IMG/VR virus record: IMGVR_UViG_3300005805_000051 | Coordinates: 1 to 64,000 of that record | Length of the DNA stretch: 64,000 bases | Reading direction: 5' to 3' (one strand) | Source of the DNA: a virus | Part shown: positions 8,715 to 19,131 of the stretch, piece by piece | Position numbering within the stretch: position 1 is the stretch's first letter | Layout of the letters: the number at the start of each line of letters is the position of its first letter | Notes under the pieces: generated by a model | The model's input: the letters and a program-made list of their open reading frames with translations, nothing else | The model's database searches: none | What the model was told of the DNA's origin: nothing | Translations under genes and position numbers: made by a program

Positions 8715-10280
8715 TTACCGAGAGAACTTCTCCGCCGCTTGAATATACGCATTCACAGGCGTCTTCGAAGGCTGCTTCTCTTCAAACAAGGGTGCAGCAT
8801 CGGGCACATTCATCGGTCGCTCCCCCGATGTCTTGGCCCCTGAGTACTGCTCCCGCAAGGCAACCAAATCCTTCTTGAAGGTCTTGGTGTTCGCGAACGT
8901 CAGCGACTCGGCGCGCTTTGCGAACTGACCGCGTTCTGCCGCGGGAAGGACGCTTGCAGCCTCAGCGATGAGGCGTGCTTTATGCTCACGCACGAGAGCT
9001 TGACGTTCACGATTGACGGCGGTCTTCATCTCCGCATGGAGTTGTACCGCACGAGCTTCCGACTCTTGCACTTGCTGCTTCAGCGTCTTCACATTCTTTG
9101 CAAGAGCTTCCACGACATTGACGCGCGACTCCGGCACTTCAATGTAGTGCTTCTTGAACAGGTCTTTCAGACCGTTGATGAAGTTCTCCGACAGCTTGTT
9201 ACGGAGTTGCGTCCGTACCGTGGTGCGGTTTTCCTTCACCCACTGCTCGACCACATAGCTCAGATACTGATCTACCTGCTTTGCAGTCTTCGCTTCGAAC
9301 ACCTTCTGACTCAGCGCGAGCTTGCGCTCACTCAGCGACTTCAGGTTCTTGTAACGGGCACTGTACGCCTCGTGCAACTGGGCACCGATATCCTGTGCCA
9401 TTGCACGAACGGTTGCTTCAAACAACCGGCGTGACTGCTGCTTCTCTTCCTCAGTCAGTGTCTGGTTGTTCTCGAAGAGCTTGTTTGCATCACCAAACTT
9501 CAGCGAGACGCGAATCTTGCCTTCGGACATCATCTCGTCCTCGGCCTTCTTCAACTCGTCCTCTTCTTCAGCGAGCTTCTCTTCGTCCTCGTCCTCTTCT
9601 TCAGCAACGAGTTCGTCCTTCTTCTCGTCCTCGTCATGCTCTTCTTCGGACATGAGTTCGTCGTGCTTCTCGTCCTCGTCCTCTTCCTTCATCTTATAAC
9701 CTTCAGCAAACGGCATCTTCTTCTTCTCGTCCTCGTCCGCTTCATCCGCAGACATCTCATCTTCTTCAGCCGCGAAGTCGAGTTCGTCCTCGTCCTCAGC
9801 CTCGTCTGCTACTTCTTCCACATCTGCGTCGCCGAGTTCCACCATTTCAGTGTCGTCGTCCGCAAGGTCTGCCAAATCGAGGTCAAGGACATCTTCATCT
9901 TCTCCGTCGAGTTCGGCAAGGACTTTTTCGTCCTTGTCGTCTTCGTCGTCTTTGTCGTCGACTTTCTCGGCATCGTCTTCCTCCTCTGGAAGCTCTTTCG
10001 GTTCGTCCTCGGATTCCATCTCCTCGGACTTGACATCCATCTCATCGGACGGATCGTCATCTTCCTCGCTCATCTTGTGAACGGGTTCCGCCGGCACACC
10101 CGCCTTCGGAAGAATGGTCATGTCGGGACTCACCCCCGACGCCGCGTCAAACTTGAAGTTTGCATAGTTCGCCGTTGACCAATCGGGAGTGGGTCCACCC
10201 ACATCCTGCACATCGGCGTGTGAGGGAACCATCGGTTCCTGTTTGCCCGCAACTGAAAGTAGTTCCTTCTGTGATGCCAT
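8715..10280 (-). CDS. gp22: Prohead core scaffolding protein with a long acidic N-terminal region
   Basis: VDQYLSYVVEQW.KEN and ENFINGLKDLF..HYIEVPE motifs; lies between gp21 and gp23. Confidence 0.9.
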   Translation of the reverse strand: MASQKELLSVAGKQEPMVPSHADVQDVGGPTPDWSTANYANFKFDAASGVSPDMTILPKAGVPAEPVHKMSEEDDDPSDEMDVKSEEMESEDEPKELPEEEDDAEKVDDKDDEDDKDEKVLAELDGEDEDVLDLDLADLADDDTEMVELGDADVEEVADEAEDEDELDFAAEEDEMSADEADEDEKKKMPFAEGYKMKEEDEDEKHDELMSEEEHDEDEKKDELVAEEEDEDEEKLAEEEDELKKAEDEMMSEGKIRVSLKFGDANKLFENNQTLTEEEKQQSRRLFEATVRAMAQDIGAQLHEAYSARYKNLKSLSERKLALSQKVFEAKTAKQVDQYLSYVVEQWVKENRTTVRTQLRNKLSENFINGLKDLFKKHYIEVPESRVNVVEALAKNVKTLKQQVQESEARAVQLHAEMKTAVNRERQALVREHKARLIAEAASVLPAAERGQFAKRAESLTFANTKTFKKDLVALREQYSGAKTSGERPMNVPDAAPLFEEKQPSKTPVNAYIQAAEKFSR

Positions 10281-10321
10281 ACGATCCTCGCTAATGGGGA
10301 TAAACCAACGCTAACCTTTAT

Positions 10322-11032
10322 TTAGCGTTGACGAATGTTTGACTGCACACCGCGACGTAATGCATTCAAATACTGGTTAAACGACTCCACGAACAACCCC
10401 TGCCGCGTCGCTGTGGACACAGTAGGTTTATGCGCGGCGTCGAGGGTTTGAGCCACGGCGTCGAGCGCACATTCTTTATACACACCACTCTCCCAGACCC
10501 ACGCTTTACCTTCCATAATACCACGCACAAATGCTTCGGGGGCTGAGGGGTCTGCAACAATATCCACCGTTGACAAGAAGAAATCATCTTGCACGAGCAT
10601 ACCGTCATTAGTATCCACGAGTGACCCAAGGCCACGCGTTGACACCCCAAGCTCACCGCCCTCGTCGATCAACGCCTTGACAATCTTACCCATCGGCGTC
10701 TCCGACATAATCTTCGCTTTACCGACGAAGTTCTTGCCTTCGCGCCGCATTTGCGTAATCATGTGAGAAACACGGTCCAGATTCACCGTGGGGCTATCAG
10801 GGTGCCCGAGTTCGCCGAAGGCGCGCTTGCGGTCAATATATTCCCGCTGATACCGTTGCATCTCACGGTCGAGCGTCTCCGAAGGATAGATGCGGCCGTT
10901 TTGATTCTTGACATCGCCTTGCATGAAGATGCCTTCGATGAAGTACGCACTCTTCCGACCCTGATGGGTTTCTTGATCTTCCACCAGCGTTCGCACATCA
11001 TGAATGGTTTCGGTAATAAGTCGTAATGCCAT
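10322..11032 (-). CDS. gp21: Prohead protease
   Basis: NQNGRIYP, GELGHP, GVSTRGLGS and DIVADPSAP motifs. Confidence 0.97.
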   Translation of the reverse strand: MALRLITETIHDVRTLVEDQETHQGRKSAYFIEGIFMQGDVKNQNGRIYPSETLDREMQRYQREYIDRKRAFGELGHPDSPTVNLDRVSHMITQMRREGKNFVGKAKIMSETPMGKIVKALIDEGGELGVSTRGLGSLVDTNDGMLVQDDFFLSTVDIVADPSAPEAFVRGIMEGKAWVWESGVYKECALDAVAQTLDAAHKPTVSTATRQGLFVESFNQYLNALRRGVQSNIRQR

Positions 11033-11033
11033 C

Positions 11034-11690
11034 TTAGTATCCTACCAATCCTGCGTTGCGGTCGTAGTATGGTTGTGCGTATCCTGACACCTTGGCGACA
11101 TCCAAAATCAGCGTGTAGTGCGAATCTGCACTCCAGTTCAAGCAGGACAGAATGATGTTGCCGGTCGCGCTGTTTGCGTTATTCGGAATGCGACCAATGT
11201 AATCTTCCAAATCCAGATGCCCGGTGCGGTTCAGCACGGCAATGACGCGATTGTTCGCCCCACCGCTGGTACCTTCCCACTCAAGCTGCACCGCAGCGAT
11301 ACCGGAGTTACCGGACACATTATAGTAAATCTGCTGGACATGAAGCTGTGTGTTGGCCGCACCAATTGCGCCGTTCTGTGTGCGCTCTTTACCGGTCGTG
11401 AACCCGGTCAGGGTATCGTTGTCTGCGAACGTGCCAGAGACATTGATGACAACAACCGATGTGGAGTTGATCACATCCTGCACAATTGCCGATCCTCCGC
11501 TGGTCGCGTTTACCGTCTCACCCACGCGGAAGTTATTCGAGGAGGCATCCGTGGTAATGGTCTGAAGGGTATAAGCGAGCGCACTCGCATTCACGACCAG
11601 CGCACTGGATTCCGTGTTGCCGGAATTGACGCGCTTCGTGATGTGACGGCGGTCGGTGTCCGTAATGGTTTGAACTTGTGTATACGCCAT
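11034..11690 (-). CDS. Putative virion structural protein
   Basis: Lies in the head operon and carries the F.VGET.../GTF...TLTG module also seen in gp7, gp13 and gp14. Confidence 0.7.
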   Translation of the reverse strand: MAYTQVQTITDTDRRHITKRVNSGNTESSALVVNASALAYTLQTITTDASSNNFRVGETVNATSGGSAIVQDVINSTSVVVINVSGTFADNDTLTGFTTGKERTQNGAIGAANTQLHVQQIYYNVSGNSGIAAVQLEWEGTSGGANNRVIAVLNRTGHLDLEDYIGRIPNNANSATGNIILSCLNWSADSHYTLILDVAKVSGYAQPYYDRNAGLVGY

Positions 11691-11697
11691 ACGTTAT

Positions 11698-11862
11698 CTA
11701 CTTCTGTTGGGGTGACGACGCGCTAAACTCCGCGGCCACGGACTTGTATTCAGCACCAATGGCGGCCGACAGCTTTTCCCGCATCACATTCAGAAAGTGT
11801 TCCTTCGCGACAGGAAAGTTCCCGCTAGCAATCGCACGATATAAATTAGTCGGTGTGGACAT
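11698..11862 (-). CDS. gp67: Small prohead core protein (54 aa)
   Basis: Hand translation gives MSTPTNLYRAIASGNFPVAKEHFLNVMREKLSAAIGAEYKSVAAEF. It has a GAGG RBS, a late promoter at 11876-11882, and lies directly after the portal gene. Confidence 0.75.
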   Translation of the reverse strand: MSTPTNLYRAIASGNFPVAKEHFLNVMREKLSAAIGAEYKSVAAEFSASSPQQK

Positions 11863-11885
11863 AAAACCTCACTGGTATTTAGGAG

Positions 11886-13538
11886 TTACGAAGGCTTCTC
11901 TTCGTCCTCTGACCCGAAGAAAAAGTTTTGTGTGTCGATCTCGGTTTGTCCTGTCGATGAAGTCCCGTCTGCGGTGGTGACTTCAATCTCCCCGGCCGGA
12001 CTCGCAGGAAGCGTTGATGAATCCTGTTCCTTTTGCTCGGGCACTTTCTGAAGCTCTTGCCGAATCTCTTCTTGCTCTTCGGCGGTTTGCTTCAGAATGC
12101 GGTCACGCACATACTGATCAGAGAAATACCGACCCAAATACGGGTCAACCTGTTGCAGCGCGGAGAGCCGCTCACGCAGGATTTCTAAATCCTTCAACTC
12201 CGAGAACTTCGAATCGGTGACAAACTCATAGCGAATGTATTGACGGAGTTCGTGCCATTGATCTTGCGAGCGAGTAATACCCTTCAGGGTAAGATGCCGT
12301 GACAATACTTCGTCGAACAACATCGCAAACCGCGACCGCAACCGATTCAAAAAGCGATTGAACTTGATTTCATCGCGCTGAATCTCCGTGGTGCGACCGA
12401 TCGTGAAGTTTCCCCCCGTCGCTTCGATGCGCGACACGGGTAAGTTCAATGCACGATACAGCTTCTCCCGGAAGTACATGACATCGGCCATCTCACCGAG
12501 GTTCTGTCCTGCGGGTAGCGTCTGGATTTCCGTGCCGCGACCGTTGCTGCGACGCGGGAGGAAAAAATCTTCCAGCATGGACTGCACCTTGCGGTCGTCG
12601 CGCACTTCGCCGGTGTTGCTGTCGTAGACCACGCGATTGCGATAGCGAGTCGCGATGCTATTGATATATTGCTCTGCACGAGCGGTCGGGAGGTCAGCCA
12701 CATCGATATAAAAGACACGGCGCTCCGGCGCACGAGTGATGCGATAAATGACCGTGGCATCTTCCACCATGCGAAGCTGGTTATACGGCTTAATCGCTTT
12801 GTGCAGATGGGATAGTACTGCCACATTGCCGGGAGTGTACACACCAGAGTTGATGTGGGCGATGCGGTCTTTCGTGATACGCACACCAGACATGTTCGAG
12901 ACATTCGACAGATTGCGGAATCCCTGCGGGCTGTACACATAGTATTCGTCGACAATTTGTGTCAGACGCGCCCCGGAATCTTCGTGATCAAATTGCCGCA
13001 TTTCACGAATCGGGCGAATCGTGCGCGGGTCGATGTTCCGCATTTCCACAATACCACGCTGTGGGTGTTCCTCGTCAATCACCAAGTCATAAAATAAACG
13101 ACCATCGACATAAAACTGCCGCGCAATGTCGTAGCAACGATCCTTGAAGTCCAACATGTTCATCACATTATTGAACTCAGTCACCACTTGCTGACGGAAG
13201 TTCTGATCGTACACTTCAGGGAGGGCGTCCACATCAATCGACACCGGCACATCATCGTCATCGCGCACAATCATCTCGTTAATGATGTCACTAATCGCTT
13301 CGTCCACTTCGGGTTGCAGTGACATGTCACGATACTGATTAATGAGGTCGACTTCGTTTGTATAGGCACCAAAGGTATCGAAATCTACGGCGTACTGACC
13401 GAAGACGCCGAGGCCCGTTTCCATGACCGTCGCCGCGGCATCCGTATTCTGCGGCGGGACAATCGACGGGGCCCGACCGATGCTCTTCTGTACATCGCGG
13501 GGTGTTAAGAGGGTAAAACCAAAGAGGTTAATCGCCAT
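11886..13538 (-). CDS. gp20: Portal vertex protein
   Basis: YRITRAPERRVFYIDV, MLEDFFLPRR..GRGTEI.TLP.GQNL and RDEIKF motifs. Confidence 0.98.
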   Translation of the reverse strand: MAINLFGFTLLTPRDVQKSIGRAPSIVPPQNTDAAATVMETGLGVFGQYAVDFDTFGAYTNEVDLINQYRDMSLQPEVDEAISDIINEMIVRDDDDVPVSIDVDALPEVYDQNFRQQVVTEFNNVMNMLDFKDRCYDIARQFYVDGRLFYDLVIDEEHPQRGIVEMRNIDPRTIRPIREMRQFDHEDSGARLTQIVDEYYVYSPQGFRNLSNVSNMSGVRITKDRIAHINSGVYTPGNVAVLSHLHKAIKPYNQLRMVEDATVIYRITRAPERRVFYIDVADLPTARAEQYINSIATRYRNRVVYDSNTGEVRDDRKVQSMLEDFFLPRRSNGRGTEIQTLPAGQNLGEMADVMYFREKLYRALNLPVSRIEATGGNFTIGRTTEIQRDEIKFNRFLNRLRSRFAMLFDEVLSRHLTLKGITRSQDQWHELRQYIRYEFVTDSKFSELKDLEILRERLSALQQVDPYLGRYFSDQYVRDRILKQTAEEQEEIRQELQKVPEQKEQDSSTLPASPAGEIEVTTADGTSSTGQTEIDTQNFFFGSEDEEKPS

Positions 13539-13565
13539 AACAGTATGTAGCTCCCACAGAAATCA

Positions 13566-14219
13566 CTAACTTCCGAGTGCCCGATGCGATTCAAATTCCA
13601 TGTGTTGATAGCGGAACTCAACATCGAAGGTTTGAATCTCCGCATCGTTATCATAGCTAAACTGCAACCCCCCGATGGAGGTCGGAAACGCATCATACAG
13701 CGTATAGGTGGCAATTGGTTGGGCTTTAATCAACTCACTAATCGCAATCTCTGCGACGTCAGATAACGTACCACCGGGTTTAATAATTCCCTTCGCAATT
13801 AATATCGCAAGGGTCGCAAGCGGATCAATTACCGAATCATACTGCGTGATAGTGATGGTGCTGTATAAATCGGTACCGGTAATCGTTCGACTATTTGCCG
13901 CCGGATCGTTCAACAAACGGTTCCATTGTTCGAACCCAACGCGGGACGAGTATTGCTGCGAATGAAGAAAAGTCAGCGTCAGCGGTTGAAAAGTGCGTTT
14001 GCCGGGGATGCTAATTTGACGGGTGAAATATGACAGTTCGGTGGCTTCTACCGTCCAGCTAGGGACGGTTGTTGCTTTGCACAGCAACGCGGTCGTTTCG
14101 GTAAAATAATCAGAAATAGGCTTCACTCGGGGCGTGACCACGCAACGAAATAAATGGCCACGCGCCGGCTTCCGCAGGGCGGCTTGAAGATTCAGAATAG
14201 AAAAGGATGCGCTGTCCAT
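13566..14219 (-). CDS. Second tail-tube-like protein (gp19 paralogue)
   Basis: PAR..LF, IPGKRTF..LTLTF and AFPTSIG...SYD....QTFDVEF.YQ motifs. Confidence 0.8.
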   Translation of the reverse strand: MDSASFSILNLQAALRKPARGHLFRCVVTPRVKPISDYFTETTALLCKATTVPSWTVEATELSYFTRQISIPGKRTFQPLTLTFLHSQQYSSRVGFEQWNRLLNDPAANSRTITGTDLYSTITITQYDSVIDPLATLAILIAKGIIKPGGTLSDVAEIAISELIKAQPIATYTLYDAFPTSIGGLQFSYDNDAEIQTFDVEFRYQHMEFESHRALGS

Positions 14220-14244
14220 AGACGGATGTCACTGTCTACATGAT

Positions 14245-14277
14245 AAAGGTGGGGTGAGAGTTGCCCCTCACCCCACG
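14245..14277 (-). terminator. Probable terminator after gp19
   Basis: GTGGGGTGAG/CTCACCCCAC inverted repeat followed by a short U run. Confidence 0.65.
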
Positions 14278-14283
14278 ATGGCA

Positions 14284-14790
14284 TTACAGCCAGTATTGAT
14301 ATGCGAACTCGACGGTGTATTCCTCGATGACCGCATCATTGCTCCAATCCAGCGGAATCGGAGCAATGTTCACCGGGAACATCCCGAAGAACTTGTAGGT
14401 CGCAAGGTCGCCGCCGGTCTTTGCATACTGCGTAACGGTGCCAACCCCTTCAAGACCCGCTTGCTGGTATCCTGCAAGGTTGGTCAGCTTTCCGTTGATT
14501 AAATCCATCCAGCGATCTAACGCTTTGCGGATTCGGAACCCTTCATCATTCAGAATGGTGACCGTCAGATTCGTGAAGGTGCGCTGTCCGGCGAACTTGA
14601 TTTCACGACCGACAAACTTCTGAGTGATAAGGTTCTGTTGTGACCCCGGAATTTCCGACACACGGCAAAAATATTGTGCCTTGGATAATCCCGCCGGTGT
14701 GTAGTCCAACTCCATCGTGAACAGGGAGGGGCGCGCCCCTCCGTCTGCCATCTGTGATTTGAACTCGTCGAGAAATGGTAACTGCGCCAT
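14284..14790 (-). CDS. gp19: Tail tube protein
   Basis: GGARPSLF, GREIKFAGQRTF..LTVTILNDE.F.IR and IEEYTVEFAYQYW motifs. Confidence 0.95.
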   Translation of the reverse strand: MAQLPFLDEFKSQMADGGARPSLFTMELDYTPAGLSKAQYFCRVSEIPGSQQNLITQKFVGREIKFAGQRTFTNLTVTILNDEGFRIRKALDRWMDLINGKLTNLAGYQQAGLEGVGTVTQYAKTGGDLATYKFFGMFPVNIAPIPLDWSNDAVIEEYTVEFAYQYWL

Positions 14791-14830
14791 TGATGTCTCC
14801 TCGCTTCCTATTTAGTGTCGTCGTTACGCG

Positions 14831-16945
14831 TTATTGAAGATTAGTGATAATCTCGTTAAACGCGACATCCGACCGCACCGCAACAACATTCAACTGGATA
14901 AAGTTGATGCTGCGAATCGGCTTGACATAGACATCCGCACGGAACTCATTGCGGTCTACGGCATCAGGCGGATTGTTGGTTTCGTCGCACACGACGATGA
15001 AGTCCGAGATTCCGCGACGGCCCTTGACCTGACGCAAGAACGGCTCCACCAGATTGACGAACTGGTTGCGCGAGAAGTCATCGTTCTGCTCGAACAGCAA
15101 CTGCTGGGCAGCGGTTTCGATGGTCTTCTCCAGCACGATGAACAAGCGACGCACATTGATACGGTCAAATGCGCTCGGCTTCGTCAACAGGGTCTTGTCT
15201 CCGAACAGCACCGTACCCTGACCGGGGAAGGTGACAATCGGGTTGATACCCTTTGAATAGAGGTCATCGCGGTCTACCTGCTTCGGATTGAAGGCAAGTT
15301 TAACCACATTCTTGATTTGACCACGGGTGAACCCTGCGGGTGAGAACCATGTCTCCGCTTCCTGACTCGTCCGCACCAAGCATCCGGCGGTGTCACCATT
15401 CAGCGGCACATAACGGTACATATCGTTGTACTTGTCGTACTGATACTTCCACCCCGAGTCCAACACCGCGTAGCTGGTTGACGGCAATCCGTCGCGGTAG
15501 CTCACGATGCTATCCACTTCGCTCCCCGCGTTGTTCACCACATCGCTCTTTTCGGGAGAGAAGAAGCCCATCGTGTACTTCCGTGCTAACACGATGTTGT
15601 TGATGATATAGGTTGCAAGTGTGGTGTTTGCGGATGCACCCAACACGGTGTCCATCAACACGGTTTCGTCCTTGAGCTTGTCGTACCCACGAATCAGGTC
15701 AGCGTTGGTCGCGTCCCCACCGTCGGCACCACCATTCAAGCTGCCACCTTGTAGCAAGCTCGGTGAATCAAATGCGACTCCCGACGCCGCTGAACCCCAG
15801 TTGGTACCCGACGACGGGTGATGCAACCACCACACATACGCGGACTGGTTGTTCAGCACATCCTTGTAGTAGACATTTGACCCGACATCGTTCTTCGCGT
15901 CCGAGGCCTTGCTGACATATCCGAACTTCTCCAGCACGGTGTTTGCAGTACCCGTGAAGAGTCCGTCCTCGTCCACCACGACCACATGCATTTCATCCAA
16001 CGACCCCCCGCGCTGTGAAGCGAAGGTTGAAGTCCCCGGCGCGCTCCCGAACAGTGACGCATGCTTCCACTTGCGCGTCCATGCAGAACCTGTCAGTGCG
16101 GTGCTGAATGCAGCGTTCAGCGTTACGGCAGTATTATTCTGCACCAAAGTGACCGAACGCTGTTCGGCGTTTGCCGTGACAATATCACCTACCTGCACAT
16201 ACGGTGCGATGTTTGACGAGAAAGTCGCGGTCGTGTTTCCTGATGTCACGGTCAAGGTGGTTGACGCCACATTTGACTGTGAGTAAGCATTTGCACTCGC
16301 GCACACATCTACGCGCAGACTGTTTCCGAGCTTCCCGACCCACTTTGCACCCCACTCACCACCGATAGCTTGCACACCGTCCGCAAAGCTTGCGTCGTAG
16401 TTGTCCTGATTCTTAATGTAGAGTCCGAACGGGAACGCGTTCCCCGCAGTGACTGCGGCACTCGGAATCGATGCTAACTGAGCAGCGGTCGTGTTCGTGA
16501 TGGACGCGACAGTCACCAGCACATTCGAGGTGGCAGAGTTTCCAACATGGTAGGCCAATCCGACCGTCAGATTCTGCGTATTTCCCGAGGCGGCTAACAT
16601 CAAGGTGTTGCCGGTGTTGATGGTGAACGTTCCTCCCGCGATAGCGGTCGCAGACGGTGAAGCGGTCGCGACTTTTGCAGCGGATGCATTCGCTACACGC
16701 ACGACGCGCAACGAGTTGCTATAGGAAAGGAAGTTTGCGGCAGTAAAAAACTGATCCGCCGTGTTGGAATTTGGCTTTCCAAACCGCGCGACTAATTCGT
16801 CTTCGGATGTGACGGTTTGCACATCTTCCAGCGGGCCCCATGTGAATTGCCCCGCAATTGCACCAGTCGGAGGTGCTGTTTGCGGAACCGCAAGGGTCTG
16901 GTCCACTTCTTGTACTAATACGCCGGGGCTAACTTGCGTTGCCAT
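14831..16945 (-). CDS. gp18: Tail sheath protein
   Basis: SPGVLVQEVD, WFSPAG..RG and FDRINVRRLF motifs. Confidence 0.98.
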   Translation of the reverse strand: MATQVSPGVLVQEVDQTLAVPQTAPPTGAIAGQFTWGPLEDVQTVTSEDELVARFGKPNSNTADQFFTAANFLSYSNSLRVVRVANASAAKVATASPSATAIAGGTFTINTGNTLMLAASGNTQNLTVGLAYHVGNSATSNVLVTVASITNTTAAQLASIPSAAVTAGNAFPFGLYIKNQDNYDASFADGVQAIGGEWGAKWVGKLGNSLRVDVCASANAYSQSNVASTTLTVTSGNTTATFSSNIAPYVQVGDIVTANAEQRSVTLVQNNTAVTLNAAFSTALTGSAWTRKWKHASLFGSAPGTSTFASQRGGSLDEMHVVVVDEDGLFTGTANTVLEKFGYVSKASDAKNDVGSNVYYKDVLNNQSAYVWWLHHPSSGTNWGSAASGVAFDSPSLLQGGSLNGGADGGDATNADLIRGYDKLKDETVLMDTVLGASANTTLATYIINNIVLARKYTMGFFSPEKSDVVNNAGSEVDSIVSYRDGLPSTSYAVLDSGWKYQYDKYNDMYRYVPLNGDTAGCLVRTSQEAETWFSPAGFTRGQIKNVVKLAFNPKQVDRDDLYSKGINPIVTFPGQGTVLFGDKTLLTKPSAFDRINVRRLFIVLEKTIETAAQQLLFEQNDDFSRNQFVNLVEPFLRQVKGRRGISDFIVVCDETNNPPDAVDRNEFRADVYVKPIRSINFIQLNVVAVRSDVAFNEIITNLQ

Positions 16946-17037
16946 AGGGATACTCCTCGTTACGCTCGATGGTTACAGACTCACGTAGTGTGAAGTCCAT
17001 TCAAACTCTTTGGTATTTAGGAAAGCAGTTTCTTTCA

Positions 17038-18684
17038 CTAGAGTAACCAACTGGCATCCTCGGGATCGTCATCATTTGACCAAACACCAAGCGGCATCGG
17101 TGTCTCCGCTTGTGACTCGGATACCTGCGGAAGTTCTGGCATCTGTTTCGCCGTTTGAGTATAGACATCCAACGCACGGACACTCGTGACTTCCGCAAAG
17201 TTGGGTTGGAGTGATGCCCATCCAAGCATGACCAGTGGCATCACTAAGTCGTCATGATGCCCGACTTCGGCTTCGTAGGTGCTACGCCGCTGGACAAACA
17301 CCGACAGTTGCTGGATGATGCGATAATCATTCAGCACCAGTTGTTGATTTTCGATAAGGGTTTTCAGCACGGAGCAGCCGCTACGTTTGACGCTCGCGGT
17401 CATGCGGACACCGGGATGGCGATTATTCCCCACCCCGAAGCTGATTTTCTGACCCAGCCGCGTTTCGGTCGCGGTCGTCAGCAACCGGTCATATTCATGG
17501 TCGCGCATTAGAATATGCGCGATATCGCGGCCAATATCGTTGACTTCTACCAATACCCATGCGTTATTGTAGCGTCGTGCATACTCCAACACTACCTGTG
17601 GATATTCCATCGTCGTGATGCGATTGTTTTCATATGCAGCGACCACCCGATACGGCATCTGTGATACATCAAACACGACAAACGCCGATGAATCGAGTCC
17701 CTGACCCGACGCAGTATCGACCGTCATGATATAGGTGTGATCTGGCAGTGGCGGTTCATACTCATAGTAGCCCGTGGTGTTGGTCTTGATGGGTTCCGTC
17801 GACACCAGTGTTTGTAACACTTGCGGACGAATCAGGGTATATGCGGTTGATAGGAACGAGCATTCATATTCTTGAGCAAACTTCTCAGGACCACCAATGT
17901 TCCGCGCGGTTTCTTCTTTCCATTTCTCATCACGCCCCGGTACCTGCGACCAATGCACGAAAAGCGGATGAAAGTCATTGCGCTTCGCTTTCGCATCCGA
18001 CCAGAACTTATGAAACAAGTTCATCCCGTTTGGGGTGCTGACAATAATCAACTTGGTCGTCTTGCCAGAAGTAATCGTTGGAAAGGTTGATGCATAGAAC
18101 TCGTTCGCGATATTTTCCGGCACGAACGCAAACTCATCCAGTAGCAGGACATTATAGGACCCGCCACGGACGGCGCTGGAAGAGGTTGCTGCGGCAAAAC
18201 ATGTCGACCCGTTCGCGAGTTCGATCTCCATCCGCGCCCAGCGGGTGACCCCTTGTTGAAGAAACTTCGGAAGATTCTCGTATGCGAGTTTCAGACGACT
18301 GAGCAAATCCACGGCGGTCTTCTGCTTGTTCGCGGAGATACACACGCGGACATTTACATTAAAGAGAATATAGTGCAGAAAATATCCAATGACGGTGGTG
18401 GATTTGCCGACCTGACGAGAACACATCGTGATACTGAAACGGTTCTCGTGATAGCACCGCACCATATCTTCCTGAAACTCCCACATCTCGAACGGCACCA
18501 AGCCTTTATCGACTTGGATAATCTTCATGTAGTTCTTGATGAAATACACCGGGTCTTGGGCGCACTTCACGAACTCTTGGACTTCCTGTACAGTGTATTG
18601 CTGTGTGATGCCAGCAGAGAGAAGTTGTTGATTATTTTTAAATGCTGTGCCTTCGTCGCGCATATTATTGTCGGCTCTTATCAA
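17038..18684 (-). CDS. gp17: Terminase large subunit
   Basis: SRQVGKST, LLDEFAFV, STPNG.N.F and HDDLVM motifs. Confidence 0.98.
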   Translation of the reverse strand: MIRADNNMRDEGTAFKNNQQLLSAGITQQYTVQEVQEFVKCAQDPVYFIKNYMKIIQVDKGLVPFEMWEFQEDMVRCYHENRFSITMCSRQVGKSTTVIGYFLHYILFNVNVRVCISANKQKTAVDLLSRLKLAYENLPKFLQQGVTRWARMEIELANGSTCFAAATSSSAVRGGSYNVLLLDEFAFVPENIANEFYASTFPTITSGKTTKLIIVSTPNGMNLFHKFWSDAKAKRNDFHPLFVHWSQVPGRDEKWKEETARNIGGPEKFAQEYECSFLSTAYTLIRPQVLQTLVSTEPIKTNTTGYYEYEPPLPDHTYIMTVDTASGQGLDSSAFVVFDVSQMPYRVVAAYENNRITTMEYPQVVLEYARRYNNAWVLVEVNDIGRDIAHILMRDHEYDRLLTTATETRLGQKISFGVGNNRHPGVRMTASVKRSGCSVLKTLIENQQLVLNDYRIIQQLSVFVQRRSTYEAEVGHHDDLVMPLVMLGWASLQPNFAEVTSVRALDVYTQTAKQMPELPQVSESQAETPMPLGVWSNDDDPEDASWLL

Positions 18685-19129
18685 TCAAGCGAAGAAGCTC
18701 TTCGCTTGTCCCATTAAATACGACCCCTTGCTGAATATTCACTTGTGCTTGCGGGGTTTTGCCTGCTTGCGAAGCGATACGAATCTCTGCGCTTGTCTTA
18801 TGCAGGTCATGCAGTTGTTTGTGCGTTTCCACTGTTGCCCGGAGTAGTTCGGCCACCGCCGTGAATGACGACGCTTTATCGGTTTGCTCTGCCGCTTCAA
18901 CCGCACGATGCAGCGTGGTTTGTGCTTCCACCGCGAGAGTTTTCAACGCCCCGCGGCTAAACTCAAAGTCTTCATCCGCTTTGCGTTCCGCGTCGGACTT
19001 TTCGTCCACGACGGCTGGTGCAAGTGCCGTGGGTTCTGCCACCACAAGTTCTGTCTGAGGAAGCGGTTCGGTGATCGCCTCTTCAATATTGAACACCGCA
19101 CGGAGCGCGATGTCTGTATTGTTTGTCAT
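18665..19129 (-). CDS. gp16: Terminase small subunit
   Basis: DFEFSR..L and VFNGTSEELL motifs; overlaps the gp17 start. Confidence 0.88.
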   Translation of the reverse strand: MTNNTDIALRAVFNIEEAITEPLPQTELVVAEPTALAPAVVDEKSDAERKADEDFEFSRGALKTLAVEAQTTLHRAVEAAEQTDKASSFTAVAELLRATVETHKQLHDLHKTSAEIRIASQAGKTPQAQVNIQQGVVFNGTSEELLRLIDKSRQ

Positions 19130-19131
19130 AC

